This document shows positions 52,553 through 62,830 of a stretch of 64,000 nt of DNA, one piece after another. The stretch covers positions 23,312,001-23,376,000 of the forward strand of contig NC_135906.1 of assembly GCF_964194155.1 (NCBI RefSeq), given 5' to 3'. This DNA comes from Cetorhinus maximus (taxonomy: Eukaryota). Positions within the stretch are counted from its first letter, which is position 1. The number at the start of each line of letters is the position of its first letter. The translations under genes and the position numbers were made by a program. The notes below the pieces were generated by a model, which was not told where the DNA came from, made no database searches, and saw nothing but the letters and a program-made list of their open reading frames with translations.

Positions 52553-52711
52553 GGAAACTCCCAGCTGCTCGGGATCGGCACACCTACGAGGGGGTTCCCG
52601 GAAAGCGAGCTGCTCAGACGTCACGCGCCGTTCCGCTTTTGCCCATATTTGGACTTGGTTTCCGCACGTCAGAGCGGAAAGCCCCGGTCACCCGCTAGGC
52701 GTAGCACGTCA
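52553..52711. promoter_or_regulatory. Immediate-early enhancer 3' of junB (NF-kB, STAT GAS, CRE-like sites, CArG/SRE)
   Basis: GGAAACTCCC (52553-52562), TTCCCGGAA (52595-52603), AGACGTCA (52616-52623), CCATATTTGG (52643-52652), CACGTCA (52665-52671, 52705-52711) and GGAAAGCCCC (52676-52685), within a non-repetitive CpG-rich patch. Confidence 0.8.
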
Positions 52712-53054
52712 CGCTGCCAAACACTGTTGCAACTTCACCAAGTTTTTACCCAACTTCAGGGTAGGGCAGGAAACGACTTGTCAGCCTTTGTACCGTCAGC
52801 GGATTTTGCAATAACCTGCCAGCAACAATCTATACGTTCAAATATATGTCAACACAAATTTAAAGTCAATTTTTAAAAAAAAAATCTAAAAAACTTTGAA
52901 TTAAATAACTGAATTTGTAAAGTTCTATCATTCTCCATTTATTAAATGAGACATTAAAAATGCTGATGTTAAATAAAAGGAATGAAGGCAAAGGTTGTTT
53001 TTAATGTATTGACATATATTTAACCTGAACCTCTATGGAGGTAGACAAGAGGTC

Positions 53055-53330
53055 TTGAGGTAAGAAACTCCGGGTTCAAGTCCCACTTCAGGACTTGATG
53101 GCCAAGGAAGATGTGTTCATAAAGTCGCCAATCAGGTTGATCATCAGGACTTAAATACTTGCAATATGCCTGATGGCAGGTGGTAAGAGCAGGAGAGTAT
53201 GGTCAGCCATACTGGAGAAGGCAATGGCAAACCACTGAAGTACTTTGCCAAGCATAATCATGGACCAATCGAATGGAAGGCCATGCTCGTCAACACCCTC
53301 TTTGGGCATGGTGACTGAATGAGGAGGAGG
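53055..53330 (+). mobile_element. tRNA-headed SINE with an RTE/Bov-A-like segment
   Basis: GGGTTCAAGTCCC B-box; CTGGAGAAGGCAATGGCAAACCACTGAAGTACTTTGCC (53212-53249). Related head at 40370-40560. Confidence 0.55.
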
Positions 53331-56300
53331 ATGTAGAGAGCTAGCAAGCGCAAAGTGAAAAGCCAATCTTCCTGTCATGGCATTTAGAAGTGTAATGGGA
53401 AGAAACCATTTTGTCTTGCTTGTGGTTAATCCTAATATTTGACAGCAAATAGTGACTACAGAGGGATTTCCCCCCCGTAACTATTCACCAGCAACAAGGA
53501 AATTCAGTCAGCATTAGTAGGGATTTGTAAACCCATTATCTTCCAAAAGGCACTGGCAGTGGACAAGATTCCTTGTGGCTAGAATGTACTGGAAGCATAT
53601 CAGACTCGTACCCATCCTAAACTTCCCCTGTTAACACTATCCTCTCCCACTGTCTCACCCGACAGCTAGTCTATATATTCACGTGGGAATCGTTAGATGA
53701 AGAAACGTCAAGATCTATCTAGTTTGCCTTCCATCTTCCTGGCAGATGCATGATACAATGAAAATGAAATTGTCGACTAAAATCTGCCAAACGCACTGCA
53801 TAAAGTAAAAACAGCACAACAGACAAAGTTCTATCAAGCAGCAATCCACGCAGAATCGATCGATTCTCCCACACCCTCAATTCACTGGCTTTTCAACTGG
53901 AGATTAAAGTGAAATGGACCGTACAAGCCATTCAATAGATTCCTCTCCCACATTAAAAAATGACACCTTAAATTTCTTCGTGTTCCGTGCTCCCCCCCTC
54001 CCCACTTCCTGACAGAGCACGGCCCTTTGCTGATCTAAACAACAACTTTTTTTGGAACAAAATGTAAATTTGGCAGGTGTAAAATATCCTGCATTGAGGA
54101 AGAGTCATGGAATCATTACAGCACAGAAGAAGGCAATTCGGCCCATCAAGCCTGTGCCAGCTCACTGTAGAGAAATCCAATCAGTTCTTTTCCTCCACTC
54201 TATTCCTGTAAATGTATTTACTTTAATAAGAGACTCTTAATGTACTTTAGCACAAACTATAGGCCGACACTCTATTATAGTACTGAGGGTGTGCTGCACT
54301 GTCAGAGGTGACAGCTATCTTTTGGGTGAGCATTAAACCGAGGCCCCTTCCCCTCTCAGTGGACATAACAGTTCCCGTGTCAGTATTTTGAAGAAGAGCA
54401 GGGTAGTTCTCTCTGGTGTGCTGACCAATACTTATTCCTCAACCAACATGGCTAATATAGTTCATCTTGTCATTATCACATTGCCCTTTATGGGAGCTTG
54501 CTGTTGCACAAATTGGCTGCTGTGTTCCCTACATGACAACAGTGACTACACTTCAGAAGTATTTCATTGACTGTAAAGTGCATTGGGATGCCCAAAGGTT
54601 GTGAAAGGCACATAATAAATGAATTTATTTATTTTTCATTAATGCAAGTTCTTTCTTAGAAGAAAGACATTCATTATTTTTTGGTGATGATGTCAAAGTA
54701 CATTTAGGGGTCAATTATTTGCTGAATTATTCAGCTCCTTACTTAGCCCAGGGTGATTGATGAGTTTAATCCCAGCCCTGTAATGTAAAAATATAGTGCT
54801 GGATTGATTTACAGTCTGTGCTGTCTGTGTTCCTGGTCTCAAGTGGGGTGTTGGCTGAGGTGCTTTAATTGGCCTAACTGGCTCTTGGTTACTGGGCGGA
54901 AGAATAAACCAGGACTTTTTTCTCCACTGGATCACTGTCCAACGACTCCTGCCTAGAAGATGGAGTGTGGGGGTTAGTGGGCGGGAACAGGGTCGATTGA
55001 GGTTGTGATGCTCTCCATAGTTTAGCGTGTTAACATGCCATTTTTCACCCATGGCCAGTTGGACACAAAAGGCTTTTGGGCCACTGGGATTGTAATCCAG
55101 CATGAATAAGTGCTTTCAGTGAGATGGGAAACAAACAGTGGCCAGGCCAAGTGTGAATCTTCCTTTTATCCTGTGATTCAACAAGGCTTTTTTTTCCCAT
55201 TCAGTATACTGCACAAGAACTGGCAGCTAAACACATGGCTTTCATTTCTTTAATGAGCTTATATTATTATTTCCTAACCCTCAAATTATGGACAAATTAT
55301 ATGTTCACGGTTTCATTTTCTTGCAAACTTAGTTATGTCTTTTACAAATGAGTTTCTCGTAAACTGAACTTCTAAAGTTTCATGAGGGAAAGTCTTATAA
55401 TTATTTAGTAAAATAGTGTTTCTTCAGGCTCAATGTGGCTCCAGTAGAGTTTAATTGGTTAACCCTTTGAAGGTGCTCTAAAACAGGTAGGCCACATTGG
55501 GCTTAACTTGTGGGTATATGAGTGCATAGGTGCTTCTTCACTCCTCTCCCCATAATGACTCAGTTTGGGGTCCAATTCTACAGGCACCTGTGTTCCTCTG
55601 ATGGCTATTTTAAGGTGAGAACCTGCGCAACAAGCATTCACTGGTCAATCAAGTAGACAAATATCACAGCTAAGGGCTGATCCTGTGCTCAGCTGATACC
55701 CGTGGCAGCCCTGGCTCATTAGTGCTTGGAATCAGAAGATTGTGAGTTCAGCCCCACTCCAGAGACTTGAGCACAAAATCCCCTACTGCACTGTTAGCTG
55801 AGATACTGAAGCTTGGGCTGCCCTCCCGGGTAGATATAAAAGTGCTACTTGAAGAAGAGCAGGAGTTCTCTTCGTGCCTTGGTCAATATTTATAGCTCAT
55901 AGCTAAAAAAAAATCACCTGGTTACTCCTTACTAATGTTTGTGAGATGTTGATATGTGAAAATCAGGTGCCATCTTCCCTACATTTCAGCAGTGATTACA
56001 CTTCACAAAGTTAATTAATGTCCCAAGGTCATGAAGTACCCAATGGAAATATTTGTTTCTTTTCTTCCCTCTTTCCAGAATGGATCATTTGATAGGGGTC
56101 AGGAGAAGGAATCCTGGCTGAAATTTCACCCTTCCTAGCCCCGAGGATGCCGAGGCTCAATGAAACCTTCACAAGACCTATTTAAAGGTTTCTGTAGATA
56201 AAACAAACTGTGGTCTGGCACCTCTTGGGAGTGTGAGGTCTCCAATGTGGACACCTGTAGCACGTCCAGACAACAACATTCTGTTGCAGCTATTGAATGC

Positions 56301-57644
56301 CAGTAGGCAAACAGACCATGATTCAAGGGACTTTGACTAATCCTTTGTTTAAATATGTTTATCACTGCATCCACAGCTGGTGGACACGTCATTACTGGAC
56401 TTTAAGGAGGCACACATTTTTTTCCTGAAAGAACAAGGATCAGCCAAGGATGGGAAAAGGCCATCTGTCCCATTAAAACTCATCCCTGTAATACCTTCAC
56501 CCCCTCAGCTTCCTATTTTTAATGTCTTGAAATAAGCTATGATGTCTTACCTTGAAGATTGCTCTAAAGATCTATCAGGTGAAGTAATTCATTTGATTAT
56601 GTTTCAAATATACTTGTTTATTTCAATCCTCTGGAGCTAATACTTTGGTTAAGATTCTAGCTTTACCCTTGCTATGCAATTTAATATTTTATACATTTCA
56701 GTGAGGTGCCCTCTCAATTTGTCTCGAGACAGTTCTTGAGTTTCTTTTATTTTCCCTTACATAGAATATACAGCACAGAAAAAGACCATTTGGCCTATCC
56801 AGTCTATGCTGGTGTTTATGCTCCACTCAAGTCTCCCCCCATCTTTCCACATCTAAATCTCAGTGTAACCCTCTATTCCCTTCTCCCTCATATGCTTGTC
56901 TAGCCTCCCTTAAATGCATCTATACTATTCGCCTGTGGTAGCCAGTTCCATATTTTCATCAATATTTGGATAATAAATTTCCTTCTGAATTCCCTATTGG
57001 ATTTCTTGGTGACTATCAAATACTGACGGCCTCTAGTTATTCTCTTCCCCACAAGAGGAAACCCTCTCTCTGTATCCACTCTATTAAAACCTTTCATAAT
57101 CTTAAAGACCTCTATTAGGACACCCCTCAGCCTTCTTCGGCCCATTCCTTTTTGCTCAATGCCTGATTCGTCCTACTCTCCTTCACCAATTTCCTCACCT
57201 CCCCTGCTGAAGAATTGGAATCCTCTAGAGAAACGTTTAAATAAGTCTGCTGGGATGTGAGATGACAGGCATTGGTCTGCCTGTGGTACCTCAGCCAGCT
57301 GTTCTTCAGACAAGTACAGTGTAGACCTCAGATGTGTGGACAGGCTATGTGACCACATGGGGGCATCACAGCCAAGTCCAATCCCACCTTCACCCAATAC
57401 CCACAGCTTTGCTCCTAGGAGAGTCTTGCTGGGTGACAATCAGGAGCAGGAGCCCATTAGGATCTCCCTCTCCGTAACCCAGTGGGCCAACTGTGGCATC
57501 ACTAACCAAACATTGAACTAGCACGGACTACAAATGGGACCCAGGACACGTCTGGGTCCCAATTAAACACTAAGATAAACGTCTGGGTCCCTATGTCTCA
57601 GGGACAACTCTTCTAATTTGCCACAGTCACCTTTCCTCTCCATT

Positions 57645-58304
57645 TTTATTTCTTTTTTACAAATAAGCCTTTTAACCTGGTCCACCATAGCTCCAGGGCG
57701 TTTGTATAAACATCACGACAAGTTTTAATATCAGACCCACTTGTTTTTTTTTTGGCAATTCAAGTTTAGAAGGCTGGATCACGGAAAGTTGGGTGGGATC
57801 AGGGTGGTTGGGATGGCGGGGTGTAGCTGAACTAGGTGGAAAATAATCTATTTGGCAATTTACACTGATTATCCCGAACCTTGAGAGCTCCCATTATTAA
57901 TCCGTTCCCAGGGAAGTCTGGGGTGCCAGGCTGTTAGCACTAACTAACATAAATAAGCTCTGGAAGTCAAAATGGTATCGTCGGGGGTGGGGAACTCGGG
58001 TCAGTTGCTATCTATCCCTTGCGCTTCAAAGAAGAGACCAACAGCGCTGCGAAAGTTCACAGTTCAAAACATTTACTTAAATACTTAAAACATGAACTTG
58101 TCCAAAAAAAAAACACACAACTTTAGCACAGTTTGTTACAAACTAAACCAGGAAATCATTTTAAAAAAAAAACATGATGAAATAATAATTTACAAATTTA
58201 ACTCGTGTGCAGCTTCGAGAGAGACATTTCAGTGTTCCTTTTAGTATGTCAAGTCCATAGAGGGGGGGTGGTGGGTGGGGGGGGGGTAAAAATGACCATT
58301 TATT
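57645..58304 (-). other. junB 3' UTR region with AU-rich elements and candidate poly(A) signals
   Basis: Minus-strand ATTTA/TTATTTAT motifs (about 57948-57956 and 58077-58082); AATAAA at 58299-58304 and 57645-57650; ATTAAA at 57724-57729 followed by GU-rich sequence. Confidence 0.45.
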
Positions 58305-58574
58305 TCCCCCCCTTCCACTTCTGGTGGGAGTTTGTGGTCTGCCCTTGTACACTGGACAGTTCTCTCTGCCTCTGTTTACCCGGTGTACAGGCTTGTAAAG
58401 TTCTGTCGAGATTTAAGTCCCACTTGCAGACCGGACCAGGGAGTTCCAGTGCGATTTACAAAAGCTTCTTTTAACACCCCCACCCCCCCACCCAACCCCA
58501 CCCCAAAACCACCCCCTCCCCTTCTTCCTTCCTTCTGAAGAAAAGCTTCAGTCTTTTTCGCGTTAGTCTGTGTC

Positions 58575-59534
58575 TCAGAAGCCCTGTAGTTTTTGAGTTA
58601 ATACTATTTGGCAGCCACTGCTGATGTGAGTCATGACTTTCTGTTTGAGCTGAGAGACCTGGTCCCTCAAGACGGTGGCGGTGGAGGCCAGGCCGGCGTT
58701 GTCGGATTTCAGCGTCTTCACCTTGTCTTCCAGCCTGGCGATCCGCTCCAGCTTCCTCTTCCTGCACTTGGAGGCGGCCACCCGGTTCCTCATGCGCTTC
58801 CTCTCGGCCTTGATGCGCTCCTGGTTCTCCATGTCGATGGGGGAGAGCGGCGGGGTCTCGCCGCGGCTCTGCACCTCGGGCACGATCTGGGGTTCCTCCT
58901 TGAGGGTCTGCAGGCGGGGGTGGCCCACGGGCACCGCCGGCAGGCTGTAGGCGTGGGGCTGGGGCAGGTAGCTGATGGTGGCGGTGGGGTGGTAGCCGCC
59001 GCCGCCGCCGCCCGCCGAGAGGGGGCTGGAGGTGTTGTAGGCGGTGAGGTTGGTGTAGACGGGGGGCACCTCGGCGGGCACCGAGGAGCCGTAGGCATTG
59101 CTGGGCGCGGCGCTGCAACTCATGCCAGGGTTGGGGATGGACACGTTGGGCGCCACATGGTTGATCTTGTGCAGCTCCTCCAGCGCCTTGACGAAACCGT
59201 CTGCGAACCCTTCCTGCTCGTCTGTGATATTCCTCCCGCAGAAGTATTGCCCGGGGGTGGGCGTGGTGGTGATCACCCCATTGCTGGATTGGATGATCAG
59301 GCGCTCCAGCTCCGGAGAGGCCAGCTTCAGCAGCCCCACGTCCGGGCCACTCAGCAGGTTGTCCTCCACGCCCCGCAGGTGAGGCTTGAGGGACCTGGAC
59401 GGGTCGACCAGGTTGAGGTTGAGGTTCTGCTTCAAGTATTTGGAGCTGTAGTCATGGAGACCGCTCTCTGAACTCGCGTAGCCGGCCAGGAAGGTATCAT
59501 CGTGGTAGAATGGTTGCTCCATTTTTGTAGACAT
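58575..59534 (-). CDS. junb: Transcription factor JunB (AP-1 bZIP), intronless, 319 aa
   Basis: N-terminus [13 protein letters not shown] (JunB signature [13 protein letters not shown]), [49 protein letters not shown], and b[42 protein letters not shown]...KQKVMTH. CpG-island-like composition. Convergent with a peroxiredoxin as in the human JUNB-PRDX2 locus. Confidence 0.93.
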   Translation of the reverse strand: MSTKMEQPFYHDDTFLAGYASSESGLHDYSSKYLKQNLNLNLVDPSRSLKPHLRGVEDNLLSGPDVGLLKLASPELERLIIQSSNGVITTTPTPGQYFCGRNITDEQEGFADGFVKALEELHKINHVAPNVSIPNPGMSCSAAPSNAYGSSVPAEVPPVYTNLTAYNTSSPLSAGGGGGGYHPTATISYLPQPHAYSLPAVPVGHPRLQTLKEEPQIVPEVQSRGETPPLSPIDMENQERIKAERKRMRNRVAASKCRKRKLERIARLEDKVKTLKSDNAGLASTATVLRDQVSQLKQKVMTHISSGCQIVLTQKLQGF

Positions 59535-59990
59535 AGAAAAGCAACACAAAAATCTGTAGTGCTGGGAGGGAGAGGGATAGAGAGCTGTTCTTAAAGAGTC
59601 CCCTCTTGGGTAAGGACCTGTTCTGGAGAAGGGCAAGTGCAAAGTCCTCTCCCCAGCAGCCAGAATCCGTCCTCCTTATCACCCTCTCTTCACAAATAAC
59701 AACAAACTGTCCGCAGCAGCGACTTCTCCCCTTTCAAGCCAAGGCGTCTTCACAAAATCCGCAAGCGGAGTTGGTAAACACAAGTGTACTTTGTTTTTTT
59801 TTCCTTTCCCCCCTCTACTCCTCCTCCTCCTCTCTCTCTCTCTCTTGTTTTGCTTGTGGATGGATGTTAACTGGTGATGGTGCGAACTGGCAGCCAGTAT
59901 TCTCTGTTCCAGGAAGCGAGCTGGGCGTCTCTGGGTCTGTACTACAGTAACATTCTCCAGTCTAATGCACTTTCTTGTGAAGCCATGACT

Positions 59991-60035
59991 TCTTAAATAG
60001 CCGAGGTGATGTCACTATTCCTGCCCACCCATTGG
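59991..60035 (-). promoter_or_regulatory. junB proximal promoter: CCAAT, GT-box, TGACATCA (ATF/Jun site), CTATTTAAG (TATA/MEF2-like)
   Basis: The minus strand reads CCAATGGGTGGGCAGGAATAGTGACATCACCTCGGCTATTTAAGA, about 460 nt upstream of the ATG. Confidence 0.7.
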
Positions 60036-60062
60036 TTCGGTGTGTGTCTGTGTGTTTCTCTG

Positions 60063-60087
60063 CTCTCTCTCTCTCTCTCTCTCTCTC
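60063..60087. repeat. (CT)n microsatellite immediately upstream of the junB promoter
   Basis: Direct reading. Confidence 0.9.
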
Positions 60088-60424
60088 CTGACTGTAGATG
60101 CCACCAGAGGGCTTCCGACATACTTTTAACCCTCTTCTAGCTGAAGGTCCTTCAGCGAGGATTAAGATATTTTCTACTGCACTCATATTTGTGGGCGCAT
60201 TATGTTTTTTTTTGGGGGGGGGGATGTGTTAAGTACAGAATCACCCGGCTACCATCCCCATATATAAAACTTGCATTTATATAGCCACTTTCATGAACCT
60301 CCCCGAGCACTTGCAGCCAATGGTGCACTCTTATTTTTGAAGTGTGGTCACTGTAGGGAACGCGCGTCAGCCAAATTCGCGCACAGCAGGATCCCACAAG
60401 CGTCAACGTGATAATAACCAGATC

Positions 60425-60609
60425 TAAACAAAAAGCTAAAAGCTAAAAACAAAAAGATAAAAACCTTAAACCAGCTTATATTTCACCCCTCTCCTAACTA
60501 TGCTTCAGTTCTGCCGAAGGGCCGTGAAGGCTCGAAACGTTAACTGATTTCTTCTCCACCGATGCTGCCAGACCTGCTGAGTTTTTCCAGGTAATTCTGT
60601 TTTTGTTTT
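60425..60609 (+). mobile_element. Penelope pLTR tail with hammerhead motif, inserted in a DeuSINE upstream of junB
   Basis: 13-bp TSD TAATAACCAGATC at 60412-60424 and 60610-60622. Confidence 0.85.
60505..60547 (+). ncRNA. Minimal hammerhead ribozyme motif, CUGCCGA core variant
   Basis: TCAGTT-CTGCCGA-A-GGGCC-GTGAA-GGCTC-GAAACGTT-AACTGA; 6-bp stem I and compensatory stem II. Confidence 0.55.
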
Positions 60610-62239
60610 TAATAACCAGATCATCTGTTTTAAGCGCTGTCGGTTGAGGGGGAAATGTTGGCCAGGACATTCCTTCCCTGAGCTGAAATCGTTAAACCAG
60701 GCGAGGCTGGAGGGATAGTGCAAGCCGCACAGATAGATTTCAGGTAATATCCAATCTATAATTGGCGCTCATGCCTATGGACTAGTGGGGCGAGGGGGAA
60801 TGTGTGGGGTTGGTAGTCTAGATTTCTTTCTGACCGACCTGCTTGTAACACTGGCAAGTTAGCCGTCTCGCCTGTGTGTTAAATTATCAATGATCATAAC
60901 GTTTAGATGGTGACCCCATTCCTTGATGGGCAATGCAAGGATTGGGCTGAACTCCGATGCCCTTCACAGTCAAATAGCTGGCCAACATTCAAGTGTCTAG
61001 GCTGACAAGCCTCTCAGATAAGCAGAGCTGGGGGAGCTGAAGGAGATGGGAGATGGTGGTCTCATTTGACCCAGTTAGTTCACAGCTCTGCAGAAAACTG
61101 CTGTCCCATCACAGCATCTAACTGCCTCCACTACCACATTCAATGGACATTCCAGATATTCGTCGCCCTCTGCATGAAAAGGGATCTAGTCTTGGGTTTG
61201 TATTTTTACCAATTTGTACTTATGTCCATCCCTTGTCTTGTAATCCTGATTTGCCAGTGTTTGTGTTTAATCTTTTCCTATTCCAGTTTCATCCTCTCTG
61301 TCTCTACAGCTTTCCATGTTGGTTGAGGGATAAGTTGTCCAGGACACCGGGGAAGGGCTCCTCTGCAGTGCGTTCAAAGAATATCAAAGGATGTGTGACA
61401 TCCCCCTGCTTAAGGTCTCATCGGAAAAACAGGACCTCTGGCAGTGCAGCGCGCCCCCAGTGTCAGCCTAGATTTTCGAATCGGACTTGAGTCCACAACA
61501 TCTTGACTTAGAGGCTAGAGGTCTACCAACTAAGCCTCAGCTGACTCAAGTACTCAATGCAGTACTGAAGGCGTGGCCTGACGAGAGCTCCATACAGCTT
61601 CAGGCTAACTTGTACCTTGCTGATTTGGCAACATAGCCCAGCTCTCTTGTTTGTCTTGTGGGCTGCTGCTCTGATTGTAGTAAGTGTTCAGTCCAGGTCG
61701 CTTTCATCGTCCTCTCTGGCTAGTTTCAGCAACATCACACAAAAAAAAACTGTTATCTGGTCATTATTGCGCTGCTGTTTGTGCGAGTTTGCTGTGCGCA
61801 AGTTGGCTGCCAGGTTTTCTGCATTACAACAGTGACTACACTTCAAAGTGCATTTCATTGGCTGTAAAAAAGCACTACATAAGTGTAAGCCTCTCTGTTT
61901 TTTTTAATTCATTCAGTATGTTATCCATTTTACTTACAGATACATTCAAAATAAAGAATGACCTTTTAGGTGAGGTACTGGAGGGCTTTCGTGCCTGTGG
62001 GAATGTATCCCAGCTGGAGTCAGCTCCTTCGGGAGATTTAGGGGACAAATGGGAGGAAAACTGGAAAAATAACTTGGAGGAGCCGTACTGAGCTCATCAA
62101 CTTGAAGTTACACACTTCCTGTAGTCTAATGGATGATTCAGCAAGCCAAGTTCAAAATGTGACTGCTGGCATTGTATTAAAATCTATACATACATCTTGG
62201 TGTATTGCAGAACCTACAAGTACTCTCAGCCACTTACTG

Positions 62240-62830
62240 AGATGGGGAGAAACGTCTTCACTCAGAGGTTTGAGAATATTCGGAATTCTCTACCCCAGTG
62301 GGTTGTGGATATTCAGTCGTTGAGCATGTTCAAAACTGAGGTTGATGGATTTTTGGATACTAAATGAATCACAGGATGTTGGGATAGAACAGGAAGGTGG
62401 AGTTGAAGATCACCCCATATCTCACTGAAAGGCCTGGATAGAGTGGACGTGGGGAAGATGTTTCCATTGGTAGGAGAGACTCGGACCCGAGGGCACAGCC
62501 TCAGAGTAAAGGGAAGACCTTTTAGAACAGAGATGAGGAGAAACTTCTTTAGCCAGAGAGTGGTGAATCTATGGAATTCATTGCCACAGGAGGCTGTGGA
62601 GGCCAGGTCATTGAGTGTATTTAAGACCGAGATAGACAGCTTCTTGATTGGTAAGGGGATCAAAGGTTACGGGGAGAAGGCGGGAGAATGCGGTTGAGAA
62701 ACTTATCAGCCATGATTGAATGGCGGAGCAGACTCGATGGGCTGAATGGCCTAATTTCTGCTCCTATGTCTTATGGTCTTATAGCACAGCATGCTAGATG
62801 GGCTGAATGGCCTAATCCTACTCCTATTTC
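62240..62830 (+). mobile_element. CR1 LINE 3' ends (stacked/nested); other CR1 fragments at about 36610-37000, 49810-50130 and 56760-57140 (minus strand)
   Basis: KMFPLVGETRTRGHSLRVKGRPFRTEMRRNFFSQRVVNLWNSLP and the tail GATGGGCTGAATGGCCTAATTTCTGCTCCTATGTCTTATG. Confidence 0.85.

Noticed and set aside
58608-59471. 287-aa antisense ORF and other overlapping ORFs across junB
   Set aside because: Expected by-product of the high GC3 codon usage of the junB CDS; no recognisable domain.
59535-59642. 36-aa N-terminal extension of JunB in the ORF track
   Set aside because: Starts at a non-ATG codon; homology begins at [10 protein letters not shown].
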